Both the position numbers and the translations under genes were made by a program. This document shows, piece after piece, positions 19,910 through 29,034 of a DNA stretch of 32,000 bases. Within the stretch, counting starts at the first letter, position 1. The number at the start of each line of letters is the position of its first letter. The notes under the pieces were generated by a model. That model searched no databases. It saw nothing but the letters and a program-made list of their open reading frames with translations, and was not told the origin of the DNA. This DNA comes from Candidatus Saganbacteria bacterium (lineage in GTDB: Bacteria > Margulisbacteria > WOR-1 > JAKLHX01), in the NCBI GenBank assembly GCA_026387835.1, contig JAPLKZ010000007.1:95284-127283 (forward strand), in the 5' to 3' direction.

Positions 19910-22531
19910 AAGGATGATCCTGCTTTTCGATGTTGAAGATCCGCCCGACGCGTCCTTTGCCGCGACACGGATTATATAAGTGCCGTTTGACAGTGCCTCT
20001 CCAAAAGAATTATTGCCGTCCCAGGTAAGATCTTTGTTAAAGCCCGAGACCGCGGTCCCCGACTTCTTACAGACAAGAGATCCTTTAATGTCGAACACGT
20101 ACAGCGTGACAGTAGAATCTTTGGAACAGTCAAAAGTTATCGCGGCACTGCCGCTTGCGGGGTCGAACGGGTTCGGACAGGCAAGGAGATTGCTTATGCT
20201 CATATCCACATCGGCAGGGGCGATGTAGAGTGTCTTACCGCTTATAGACGTTTTGTTCCCGGCAAGGTCGCAGACAGACACCGTGATATTATTAGACCCG
20301 TTTTCAAGGTTCACGGAAGCGCTGAACTCGTTATTTTTTACGGAAATGCCCTTGGCGGGTTTTTCATTCACGAGTATACTGAAGGTCGAAATAAAAGTCT
20401 TGTCCGCTTTGCCGGCTATCTCAATAGTGCCGGTCCCCGTCTCCGCGGGTATTTCTTTAGACAGCGTGAGCACGGGCGGCACCGTGTCGACGATATAATT
20501 ATATTTTGCCGGAGTGCCTGAATTCCCCGCCAGGTCCCTGGTGTTTATCTCAAGGCAGTAAAGTCCGTCCTTAAGCGGTTTTTCAGGATAAAGGACTACG
20601 GAAGAAGAACTTTTATCAAAAGATGCAGTTGTCTCAACCGTGACGCCGCCGCAGGACAGCCTTCCTTTTGTACCGGAAGGATCAGCGCCGGCACCTTCGT
20701 CCGCGATAGGGGCTATGACGGCGTCTATTCTGTTTGAAAATATTTTATCTCCCGGGGCTGACAGAACGACCGTCGGGCTTTTTGAGTCAATATTAATGTT
20801 CAGCGTGCTTTTTTTGACGCTGCCGTTCTTATCGGCGATACTGAGAGTAAAACTATTTTTGCCGTGCGGCAGCCACTGCGGGAGCTTAACAAAACCGCTG
20901 ATCCTGTCACTGATGAGGTCATAGGCCAGGGAACTCTCGGCAGTGGAGCCGCTGAAAGTTATCGCCGCTTCCTGCTCGTCTTCGATCAGATGATCTGTCA
21001 AAAACTGCGCTTCCATTGCAATGGTAGTGCCCGGCCTGACCCAGTCTTTTTCCGACGGTTTATTCAGGGCGAGGTCCGCGGAAGCCGGCATGTAATACAC
21101 GGTCCTTGTCAGTGTCGACCTGTTTCCGGCCAAATCTGCCGCTTCAAAGGTCATAATATTTGGTCCGGCTTTCAATATTTGCCTGGTATTAAAAAATCCC
21201 GCGGCCCCCAAAAATATCTTAGAGCCGTTGATGATGAGGACGGCATCAGCCTCTGTAGTTCCCGAGACCGCTATCTCGCCGGTCTCTGCCGTTGAATTAT
21301 CGGAAGGAGAAATTATGGTCAATATCGGTTTTACACGGTCAAGAGTAAACGACCGTACCTTTGAGGAGACGGCGCTAAAAGCGTCACTTAGATCGATGCG
21401 GTAATAATATCTGCCGTCTTTCAGTGATACCGGCATCCTGAAAGAAAAGCCGGCGGGAGCCACTTCCTGATATGATCCCGGAGAAAACAGGCTGTCCTGC
21501 GAGAGGGCAAGAGTATATTGCAGATCATCGGGATCTTTTACCGGCATGATCTTTACGGTAACTTCCGAGGTCGCCGAAATAAGATCATCAGGTGTCAAAA
21601 GAACCGGAGAAGACGGGGCAGGAAGGTCGATACTAAACAGGGCGTCATTACCCAGCACAGCGGTAAATCCGGAATTACCCGGCAGGAGCGTCATGCCGTT
21701 CATGCTTTCGGCAGGGAAGGGCAGTAATAGATTAACAGCCTTTTTCCACCGGTAGCCGTTGTCGAAAGACCTGGTCAGCATCAGGCTGTTGCCGCTTCTA
21801 ATGCAGAGGAACATGGCGTTTTTCAGGACGGCCGCGATGTCAAAGGAATCTACGGCTGAAGGGCTTACAAATATTTCGCGCGGCGTTGACCATGAGGTCC
21901 CGCCTGCCGGCTTTGAAACGAGGATGATCTTGTTCATTCCGCTTTCTGATATTACTGATGCCGCATAGCAGTAACCGTTAAGTATTTTTACCTTGAAAGA
22001 CCCGGCACCTGACACTGAGCTGAAAGGCGCTGACGCTGTCCCCCAGGAAACGCCCAGGTCCGGAGATTCCCTGTATGAGATACTTTTTGCGGCTTTATCG
22101 GTAAAAGCGAGGCACAAATAGTTGTTTTCCGCGGCAAGATCTATGAAGGAGGGCTTTTTATCGAATTTGTACAGCCCGACAGGCGAGGTCCAGTTGCTGC
22201 CGCCGTCGCCTGACTTTGAAAAGAACAACCTGTTCTGTGTTATCCAAAATAGCCTGATCTCACTGCCGGAAAAGAAAAGCCTGATGAAAGAGCAGTTATC
22301 TCCGAGCGCTTCGACGGTCTGCGCCTCTGTATAAGTGCGGCCGAGATCGGCTGACCTTGAGATCGTTATATCCCTGCCTGCAGCGGCCCTGTAAAGCGTA
22401 TTTGATGCGATGCCGTAGTCATACAGGTCCTGGTACAGCGTTTCCGCTAAAGTGCCGGAAGAAAAAAACAAAGCGCTTATGCACAGTAATACTGCCGCGA
22501 GGTTTATTAATTGCCTGCAATTAAAGCGCAT
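19901..22531 (-). CDS. Secreted multidomain protein: Asp-box (BNR/sialidase-like) repeats, Ig-like domains, FlgD-like C-terminus
   Basis: Signal peptide MRFNCRQLINLAAVLLCISALFFSSGTLAE. Asp-box-like repeats SRSADLGRTYTEA, SKSGDGGSNWTSP, RESPDLGVSWGTA, TRSFDNGYRWKKA. Ig-like 'DLAGN' segments. C-terminal ...CPNPFDPASGSAAITF...VTLYVFDIKGSLV...LTWDGNNSFGEALSNGTYIIRVAAKDASG. Confidence 0.88.
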   Translation of the reverse strand: MRFNCRQLINLAAVLLCISALFFSSGTLAETLYQDLYDYGIASNTLYRAAAGRDITISRSADLGRTYTEAQTVEALGDNCSFIRLFFSGSEIRLFWITQNRLFFSKSGDGGSNWTSPVGLYKFDKKPSFIDLAAENNYLCLAFTDKAAKSISYRESPDLGVSWGTASAPFSSVSGAGSFKVKILNGYCYAASVISESGMNKIILVSKPAGGTSWSTPREIFVSPSAVDSFDIAAVLKNAMFLCIRSGNSLMLTRSFDNGYRWKKAVNLLLPFPAESMNGMTLLPGNSGFTAVLGNDALFSIDLPAPSSPVLLTPDDLISATSEVTVKIMPVKDPDDLQYTLALSQDSLFSPGSYQEVAPAGFSFRMPVSLKDGRYYYRIDLSDAFSAVSSKVRSFTLDRVKPILTIISPSDNSTAETGEIAVSGTTEADAVLIINGSKIFLGAAGFFNTRQILKAGPNIMTFEAADLAGNRSTLTRTVYYMPASADLALNKPSEKDWVRPGTTIAMEAQFLTDHLIEDEQEAAITFSGSTAESSLAYDLISDRISGFVKLPQWLPHGKNSFTLSIADKNGSVKKSTLNINIDSKSPTVVLSAPGDKIFSNRIDAVIAPIADEGAGADPSGTKGRLSCGGVTVETTASFDKSSSSVVLYPEKPLKDGLYCLEINTRDLAGNSGTPAKYNYIVDTVPPVLTLSKEIPAETGTGTIEIAGKADKTFISTFSILVNEKPAKGISVKNNEFSASVNLENGSNNITVSVCDLAGNKTSISGKTLYIAPADVDMSISNLLACPNPFDPASGSAAITFDCSKDSTVTLYVFDIKGSLVCKKSGTAVSGFNKDLTWDGNNSFGEALSNGTYIIRVAAKDASGGSSTSKSRIILLR

Positions 22532-22548
22532 AAAAATTTATTAAGTTA

Positions 22549-22577
22549 ATTCTAACACCGCGGTTATTATATATCAA
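22549..22577 (-). promoter_or_regulatory. Putative sigma70-like promoter for the minus-strand secreted-protein gene
   Basis: Minus strand TTGATA (22577-22572), 17-bp spacer, TAGAAT (22554-22549). Confidence 0.5.
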
Positions 22578-22584
22578 TAAGTAA

Positions 22585-22613
22585 TTGCCTTGCTATGCCA
22601 TCTAAGTTATAAT
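22585..22613 (+). promoter_or_regulatory. Putative sigma70-like promoter for the methyltransferase-pheS-pheT-mutS operon
   Basis: TTGCCT (22585-22590), 17-bp spacer, TATAAT (22608-22613); ATG at 22623. Confidence 0.6.
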
Positions 22614-22622
22614 TTCATTAAC

Positions 22623-23402
22623 ATGATAGAAAGCGCGGATAATACCAAGATCAAGCTGGCAAAAAAATTGCTCTCAAATAAAAAGGAGAGGGATAAAGAA
22701 GGCCTGTTCGCAGTAGAAGGGCCGCACCTGATCGAAGAAGCGGTAAAGAGCGGTATCGAGATAAAATATATTTTGTACGGCAGCAAAGCGGAGACGGCGC
22801 TCGCAGCTTTGAATGCGGATAAGATCGAAAAGTTCATGGTCTCTGATAAGATAATAGCTTCCGTTTCCGACACCGTGACCTCCCAGGGAATACTGGCCGT
22901 GGTCAAAAAACCTAAGGCCGGTCCCGGTATTTCAGGAAAATATATTGTTATGTGCGACTCGATACAGGACCCAGGTAACCTTGGGACGATAATACGTTCC
23001 GCGGCGGCATCAGGATTTAATGTTGTTGTCTCGGGTGACAGCGCGGATGTGTATAATCCAAAAACAGTTCGCGCGACGCAGGGCGCTTTGTTCAAAACAG
23101 CCGTCTTTGAAGACGCGGACCTGAAAGAGGCATTAAAGAAGACAAAAGGCAGGGTCCTTGGAGCAAAAATGAACGCCTCAAAGTCTATATATGAAGTGAA
23201 ACTGGATACGCCTTTTACTGTTATAATTGGTAATGAAGCAGGCGGCATCAGGAAAGAACTGCTGGACCTCTGTGATGAAAAGGTAAAAATACCCATGGAG
23301 GCCGGTGTCGAATCGCTCAATGCAGGGGTTTGCGCGTCAATAATAATGTTCGAATCGATGAGGCAGAGGGGACAGCAGAATGCAGTCCGCAGTAAGCAGT
23401 AA
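22623..23402 (+). CDS. SpoU/TrmH-family RNA 2'-O-methyltransferase
   Basis: MIESADNTKIKLAKKLLSNKKERDKEGLFAVEGPHLIEEAV...IVMCDSIQDPGNLGTIIRSAAASGFNVVV...FTVIIGNEAGGIRKELLDLCDEKVKIPMEAGVESLNAGVCASIIMFE. The 11 upstream residues in the ORF track overlap the promoter. Confidence 0.94.
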   Translation: MIESADNTKIKLAKKLLSNKKERDKEGLFAVEGPHLIEEAVKSGIEIKYILYGSKAETALAALNADKIEKFMVSDKIIASVSDTVTSQGILAVVKKPKAGPGISGKYIVMCDSIQDPGNLGTIIRSAAASGFNVVVSGDSADVYNPKTVRATQGALFKTAVFEDADLKEALKKTKGRVLGAKMNASKSIYEVKLDTPFTVIIGNEAGGIRKELLDLCDEKVKIPMEAGVESLNAGVCASIIMFESMRQRGQQNAVRSKQ

Positions 23403-23409
23403 GTGAAAA

Positions 23410-24405
23410 ATGGACATTGAAGAAAAAATTCAAAAGACAGAGACAGAAGCTCTCGCGGAGATAGGGGCGACTTCCGACTTAAGGACTTTTGAATCGGCGA
23501 AAAACAAATATCTCGGCAGGAAAGGCCTTATAGCGGAGCTTTTCAACGAGATGAAGGTGCTTTCGCCGGAGGAGAAGAAGAAGGCCGGAGCTTTGTTGAA
23601 CGGCCTGAAGATGAAAGCGGAGGAGAAGGCGAAGGAGAAGGCGGAGGCGTTAAATGCCGGGTCTTCAAAAAGAGCGTCTGACAGGCTTGACATCACGCTT
23701 CCCGGAAAAAGGATAAAAAAAGGCAGCATTAATATAATCACACAGGTGATGGATGAAATGCTTGCAATATTTTCTTCGATGGGATACATCGTTGCCCAGG
23801 GGCCCGAGATAGAGACCGACTATTATAATTTTGAAGCCCTGAACATCCCGGCGGACCACCCCTCGAGGGACATGTGGAGCACTTTTTACGTGTCCGGAGG
23901 AAAACTGCTCAGGACCCACACCTCTCCCGTCCAGGTGAGGTTCATGGAAAAGAACGACCCGCCGTTCGCGGCGGTATTTCCCGGCAAGGTCTACAGGCGC
24001 GACGCGGCAGACGCTTCCCATCTTCCGGTATTTCATCAACTGGAAGGGCTGCTGGTCGGCGATGATATAACTATGTCCGACCTGAAAGGCACGCTCACAA
24101 AATTTTTAAGGAAGATGTTCGGGCGTGACAGGAAAGTACGCTTCAGGCCGAGTTTTTTCCCGTTCACAGAACCTTCAGCGGAAGTGGATGTAGAATGTTT
24201 CATCTGCGGCGGAAAAGGCTGCCGGCTTTGCAAGAACACGGGATGGCTTGAGATCCTCGGCTCGGGAATGGTGGATCCGAACGTCTTTCCGGTGAGCGGG
24301 TTCGCGTTCGGCATGGGAATAGAGCGCATCGCGATGCTCAAATACGGAGTCGATGATATCCGCGTGTTTTTTGAGAATGATTTAAGGGTATTGAGGCAAT
24401 TTTAA
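23410..24405 (+). CDS. pheS: Phenylalanyl-tRNA synthetase alpha subunit
   Basis: KYLGRKGLIAELF...GPEIETDYYNFEALNIPADHPSRDMWSTFYV...LLRTHTSPVQVRFM...FPGKVYRRDAADASHLPVFHQLEGL...FRPSFFPFTEPSAEVDVEC...GWLEILGSGMV...GFAFGMGIERIAMLKYG. Confidence 0.98.
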   Translation: MDIEEKIQKTETEALAEIGATSDLRTFESAKNKYLGRKGLIAELFNEMKVLSPEEKKKAGALLNGLKMKAEEKAKEKAEALNAGSSKRASDRLDITLPGKRIKKGSINIITQVMDEMLAIFSSMGYIVAQGPEIETDYYNFEALNIPADHPSRDMWSTFYVSGGKLLRTHTSPVQVRFMEKNDPPFAAVFPGKVYRRDAADASHLPVFHQLEGLLVGDDITMSDLKGTLTKFLRKMFGRDRKVRFRPSFFPFTEPSAEVDVECFICGGKGCRLCKNTGWLEILGSGMVDPNVFPVSGFAFGMGIERIAMLKYGVDDIRVFFENDLRVLRQF

Positions 24406-24406
24406 A

Positions 24407-24499
24407 CCTCACCCCGCCTCGCTCACGCTCGGCACCCCTCTCCACTTTGTGGAGAGGTGAAAGCGACCCCCGATGAAATCGGGGGGAGCAGGGGTGAGG
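24407..24499. repeat. Palindromic repeat, copy 2 (divergent)
   Basis: Outer CCTCACCCC (24407-24415) / GGGGTGAGG (24491-24499). Inner hairpins CCTCTCCAC-TTT-GTGGAGAGG (24437-24457) and CCCCCGAT-GAA-ATCGGGGG (24467-24485). Confidence 0.82.
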
Positions 24500-24516
24500 A
24501 TTTGGAGAAATATTTT

Positions 24517-26568
24517 ATGAAAATACCGTTTGAATGGTTAAAAGAATTCGTGGATGCCGACGGCGGCATTGAAAAAGTCGCGCAAGGCCTGTCCATGTCC
24601 GGCACCGAGATCGCGTCAAAAGAAAATAATGTCCTTGAAATAGAGATCCTTCCTAACAGGGGCGACTGCCTGTCCGTGCTCGGCGTGGCAAGGGAAGTGT
24701 GCGCGGTACAGGGAAAAAATTTGAAAAGCCAAAAAGCTGAAGTGAAGGAAGAGGGAAGGCAGATCGGCGAACTTGCCCGCGTAGAAGTTAAAGATAAGAA
24801 GCTGTGCCCGAGATACATGGCGCGCGTCATCACGGATATAACGATCGGGGATTCCCCGTCCTGGATGCAGAAAAGACTGCTGGATTGCGGGATGAGGCCG
24901 ATAAATAATATCGTCGATATCACGAATTACGTGCTTCTTGAATCAGGACAGCCGCTCCACGCTTTTGACCTTGACAGGCTTGAAGGGAAAAAGATCATAG
25001 TTAGAAAAGCAGCCGACAAGGAAAAGATAAAAACGCTGGATGACGTTGAAAGGACCCTTTCAAAAGATGACCTCGTCATCGCGGATGAAAACCGTCCTGT
25101 CGCGATAGCGGGCGTCATGGGAGGCGGCAGTACCGAGGTCTCTTCTTCGACAAAGAATATCCTTCTTGAGTCGGCGTATTTTGAGCCGGCATCGGTTAAC
25201 AGGACCGCGAAGGACCAGAAGATGAGGACTGAGGCTTCCATAAGGTTTGAAAGGGGCGTCGATTTTGACAACGTGGCAAAAGCTCTTGACAGGGCGGCGG
25301 GCCTTATGACAGAGCATGGCAAAGGGAAAGCGGCCAAAGGCGTCATCGACATAAAAGAAAGCGAAAGAAAGCCCAAAGAGATCATCCTGAGGCCCGAAAA
25401 GCTGAACAAGGTGCTCGGGATAGAGGTCCCTGAAAAAAAATGCGCCGATATCCTTACGGGACTCGGCTTTTCCGTCGGCAAAAGCGGGGAGTCTCTCAAA
25501 GTGGCCGTCCCGCTCCACAGGGCGGGTGATATCGAAAGGGAGATAGACCTGATAGAAGAAGTCGCCCGCATCTTCGGTTATGACAAGTTAAAGGAGACAG
25601 TCCCCTCGATAGAGCCGGCAATAAAAAGCGATGACCGGACGGAAAAGTCCATCAGGAAAGAGAGCAGGCTGAAACAGGTCCTTGCTGACTGCGGTTTTTC
25701 GGAGGCAAAGACTTTCAGCATGACAGGCGAAAAACTTTACTCAAAAGCGGGGCTGACCCTGGGAAAAGCCGTGCCGATAACCAACCCGCTCATAGATGAG
25801 ATGACGCATTTAAGGACGACCATCGTCCCGGGACTGCTCGAGGCGGCGCAGTATAACATCCACCGCCAGATGCATGACATCGCGCTTTTTGAGGCCGGCA
25901 GTGTGTTCTCCCTGCAGGGCAGTGAGCAAAGAGAAAGGACCGTCGTCTCGGCGCTCCTGACGGGGTCCGTCTGGGAAGGAGCGGTGGAAAAAGACCCCTC
26001 GGCAAGCTCGGGGCAAGGCAAGATCAGCGAAGACCTCTATTATTTAAAAGGAATTGTTGAAGATATACTTGACCTTTACGGTGAGGGGAAGGCGGAATTC
26101 AGGACCTCTTCCGGCCCGCTTTTAAAAGAAGGAGCGGAAATATTCCTGAACGGAGATAAGATAGGTTTCTTCGGCCAGGTACAGGACAGGATAAAAGCGA
26201 ATTTCGACCTGACAGCCCCTGTCTTCATCTTTGAAATAGACCTTGACGCGCTTTGCCTTACAAAAGAACCCCTCGTGGTATACAGTTCAGCCCCGAAGTT
26301 CCCTAGCGTCAGGCGCGATATCGCGATGTTCATCCCGGAAAATGTCCTTCATAAAGACATCGCGGGCCTGATCAGGTCCGCGGGAGGCAGGCTCGTGGAA
26401 TCGGTCACGTTATTTGATAAGTTTGAAAGTAAAGGCAGGATAAGTCTTGCCTACAGCGTTATCTACAGAGATGTGAATAAGACCTTGACGGATGAGGCGG
26501 TAAATACTGTTCACGGAAAAGTGATTAATGCACTGGTTGAAAAGTTGAATGTCGAAATAAGGAAATAG
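24517..26568 (+). CDS. pheT: Phenylalanyl-tRNA synthetase beta subunit, apparently without the tRNA-binding OB domain
   Basis: MKIPFEWLKEFVDADGGIEKVAQGLSMSGTEIASKENNVLEIEILPNRGDCLSVLGVAREV...CPRYMARVITDI...MRPINNIVDITNYVLLESGQPLHAFDLDRLEG; B5-like ...GDIEREIDLIEEVARIFGYDKL; C-terminal FDX-ACB. The ATG at 24517 follows GGAG (24504-24507); the 20 aa upstream in the ORF track come from repeat copy 2 and spacer. Confidence 0.95.
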   Translation: MKIPFEWLKEFVDADGGIEKVAQGLSMSGTEIASKENNVLEIEILPNRGDCLSVLGVAREVCAVQGKNLKSQKAEVKEEGRQIGELARVEVKDKKLCPRYMARVITDITIGDSPSWMQKRLLDCGMRPINNIVDITNYVLLESGQPLHAFDLDRLEGKKIIVRKAADKEKIKTLDDVERTLSKDDLVIADENRPVAIAGVMGGGSTEVSSSTKNILLESAYFEPASVNRTAKDQKMRTEASIRFERGVDFDNVAKALDRAAGLMTEHGKGKAAKGVIDIKESERKPKEIILRPEKLNKVLGIEVPEKKCADILTGLGFSVGKSGESLKVAVPLHRAGDIEREIDLIEEVARIFGYDKLKETVPSIEPAIKSDDRTEKSIRKESRLKQVLADCGFSEAKTFSMTGEKLYSKAGLTLGKAVPITNPLIDEMTHLRTTIVPGLLEAAQYNIHRQMHDIALFEAGSVFSLQGSEQRERTVVSALLTGSVWEGAVEKDPSASSGQGKISEDLYYLKGIVEDILDLYGEGKAEFRTSSGPLLKEGAEIFLNGDKIGFFGQVQDRIKANFDLTAPVFIFEIDLDALCLTKEPLVVYSSAPKFPSVRRDIAMFIPENVLHKDIAGLIRSAGGRLVESVTLFDKFESKGRISLAYSVIYRDVNKTLTDEAVNTVHGKVINALVEKLNVEIRK

Positions 26569-26572
26569 ACCG

Positions 26573-29014
26573 ATGTCCGATCCTACCCCCATGATGAAAC
26601 AATACCGTCAGGTAAAGTCCGAGGTGCCGGACGCGCTTTTGTTCTTCAGGCTCGGCGACTTCTACGAGATGTTCGGGGAAGACGCGCTCGTCGCGTCAAA
26701 AGAACTGGAAATAACGCTTACAGGAAGAGGGCAGGGCGAGAACCGCGCTCCGATGTGCGGTGTCCCTTATCACAGCGTCACTCCTTATATTTCCAAACTT
26801 ATATCGAAAGGCTACAAGGTCGCGATATGCGAGCAGGTGGAAGACCCCGATCTTGCTGAAGGGCTCGTAAAAAGAGAGGTCATAAAAATAATCACTCCCG
26901 GGACGGTGCTGGATACCGCGATGCTCAGCGAAAAAGAAAGCAACTACCTGATGGCCCTTTCTTTTTCATCCGGCAGGACAGGCCTTTCGTATATCGATAT
27001 CTCGACCGGAGAGTTCAAAGCTCTTGATATCGAAGGAGATGTCGGCATGAAAGTGCTGTATGACGAGATAGAACGCGTGAGCCCGGCCGAAGTCATTATC
27101 TCAAGGGATGTATTTGAGAACGATAAAAAACTGGTATCGTTCTTAAAGTCAAAGAACATAGTCATCACCCCGTATAACCTGAAAGACATCTTTGACGCGG
27201 CGCTTGCCAAGGAAAAAGTACTGAAGCATTTTAAACTGGAATCGCTTGACGGGTTCGGCTTCAAAGGCGACGAGCTGTCGCTCTGCGCGGTATCGCCTGT
27301 AATAGATTATCTTAAAGAGACGCAGAAGACATCTCTCTCGCACGTAAACTCCATAAAAAAATACCGGATAGACAATTTCATGTATATCGACACGTCCACG
27401 AGGAGGAACCTCGAGCTTGTCCAGACAATTAAGGAAAGGAGCTTTGAAGGAAGCCTTTTATGGATGCTTGACAGGACAAAAACGCCGATGGGCTCAAGGC
27501 TTTTGAGAAGCTGGGTGCTTTCACCCCTGTGCGATAAAAAGCAGATAGATGCCAGGCTTGAAGCCGTTGAGGAGCTTACAAAAAGCTCTATTCTTAGGCA
27601 GGAGCTTGAAGGAACGCTTGACGATATCAGGGACATAGAAAGGCTGACCGGAAAGATCGCCTCGGCAAGCGCTAACGCGAGGGACCTTGTCGCTTTGAAA
27701 GAATCGTTGCTACGTCTTCCCAAAGTAAAAGAACTGTTGTCGGGCTGCTTTTCCCGCCTTATAAAAGAAATGACGGGCTTTGGCGACCTTTCAGGTATTG
27801 CTTCTTTGATAGAGGCTTCCATAGTTGACGACCCTCCCTTCGTGATAAAAGACGGAGGTCTGATAAAAAAAGGGTACAGCGCCGAGCTGGACGAGATAAT
27901 AGAAGCCTCCACGCAGGGGAAGGAATGGATCTCCCGTCTTGAAGAGACGGAGAGGCAGAGGACCGGGATAAAGTCGCTCAAGGTCGGGTTCACGAAAGTC
28001 TTCGGATACTATATCGAAGTTTCGGCCACTAACCAGAAATATGTCCCGATGGATTATATCCGCAAACAGACGCTCGTCAACTGTGAGAGATACATCACTC
28101 CCGAGCTGAAAGAAAAAGAATCCATGATCCTCAACGCCCAGGAGCGCGTGGTGGAGACGGAGTACAGCCTGTTCTGCACCATAAGGGACAGGATAGCCGG
28201 GTCATCAAAGGAACTTCAGGCAGTATCTTTGTGCATAGCGTCCCTTGACGCTCTCTTAGCTCTTGCAAATACGGCAGTGGGCGAAGGTTATTTTAAACCG
28301 GAGATCACATCCGGCGGCGAGCTTATGATAAAAGAAGGACGCCATCCGGTAGCGGAGAAGACTATCGGGCATCACCTGTTCGTGCCGAACGACACAAGGA
28401 TGGACGAATTGAGCCGCTTTCTTTTAATAACAGGCCCTAACATGGCGGGGAAGTCTACATATATGAAGCAGATAGCTTTGATCGCTCTTCTTGCCCAGAT
28501 AGGAAGCTTTGTTCCCGCAAAGTCGGCAAAGATACCTGTCATAGACCGGATATTCACAAGGGTAGGAGCGCTGGACGATATTTACGCCGGGCAGTCCACT
28601 TTCATGGTCGAGATGCTCGAGGCGGCAAATATCCTAAATAACGCGACAGAGAACAGTCTGATCATACTTGACGAAATAGGACGGGGGACCGCGACTTTCG
28701 ATGGTATGAGCATAGCCTGCGCGGTCTCGGAATTCATCCATACAAAGATAAAGGCAAAGACGCTTTTCGCGACGCATTACCACGAGATAACCCAGCTCGC
28801 GGAAAAGTATCCCGGGATGAAGAACCTGAACGTCGCCGTGAAAGAAGAAGGAGACCATATAACTTTTCTGCACAAGATACTGGAAGGCCCCTCCGACAAG
28901 AGCTACGGCATACAGGTCGCGAAACTCGCGGGCCTGCCGGACGAAGTTATAAAAAGGGCAAAAGAAGTCTATGAAAAGCTGGAGATGGTAGAGAGCGACT
29001 TTGGAAAGATTTGA
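26573..29014 (+). CDS. mutS: DNA mismatch repair protein MutS
   Basis: TPMMKQYRQVKSEVPDALLFFRLGDFYEMFGEDA...MCGVPYHSVTPYISKLISKGYKVAICEQ...LLITGPNMAGKSTYMKQIALIALLAQIGSFVPA...DEIGRGTATFDGMSIA...KTLFATHYHEITQL. Confidence 0.98.
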   Translation: MSDPTPMMKQYRQVKSEVPDALLFFRLGDFYEMFGEDALVASKELEITLTGRGQGENRAPMCGVPYHSVTPYISKLISKGYKVAICEQVEDPDLAEGLVKREVIKIITPGTVLDTAMLSEKESNYLMALSFSSGRTGLSYIDISTGEFKALDIEGDVGMKVLYDEIERVSPAEVIISRDVFENDKKLVSFLKSKNIVITPYNLKDIFDAALAKEKVLKHFKLESLDGFGFKGDELSLCAVSPVIDYLKETQKTSLSHVNSIKKYRIDNFMYIDTSTRRNLELVQTIKERSFEGSLLWMLDRTKTPMGSRLLRSWVLSPLCDKKQIDARLEAVEELTKSSILRQELEGTLDDIRDIERLTGKIASASANARDLVALKESLLRLPKVKELLSGCFSRLIKEMTGFGDLSGIASLIEASIVDDPPFVIKDGGLIKKGYSAELDEIIEASTQGKEWISRLEETERQRTGIKSLKVGFTKVFGYYIEVSATNQKYVPMDYIRKQTLVNCERYITPELKEKESMILNAQERVVETEYSLFCTIRDRIAGSSKELQAVSLCIASLDALLALANTAVGEGYFKPEITSGGELMIKEGRHPVAEKTIGHHLFVPNDTRMDELSRFLLITGPNMAGKSTYMKQIALIALLAQIGSFVPAKSAKIPVIDRIFTRVGALDDIYAGQSTFMVEMLEAANILNNATENSLIILDEIGRGTATFDGMSIACAVSEFIHTKIKAKTLFATHYHEITQLAEKYPGMKNLNVAVKEEGDHITFLHKILEGPSDKSYGIQVAKLAGLPDEVIKRAKEVYEKLEMVESDFGKI

Positions 29015-29034
29015 AAATCTGATATAATTTCATC

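Noticed and set aside
22607-23320. 237-aa antisense ORF opposite the SpoU-type methyltransferase
   Set aside because: The plus-strand frame carries all family motifs; the antisense frame has no domain features.
24457-24516. 20-aa N-terminal extension of PheT in the ORF track (MKATPDEIGGSRGEDLEKYF)
   Set aside because: It is encoded by repeat copy 2 and spacer. The ATG at 24517 has an SD and matches the normal PheT N-terminus (MKIPFEWLKEFV).
24423-25571. Antisense ORFs (166 and 214 aa) opposite the pheT start
   Set aside because: They are shadow ORFs over conserved pheT sequence; part of the first is generated by the palindromic repeat.
27307-27993. 228-aa antisense ORF inside mutS
   Set aside because: It overlaps conserved MutS core sequence and has no independent evidence.
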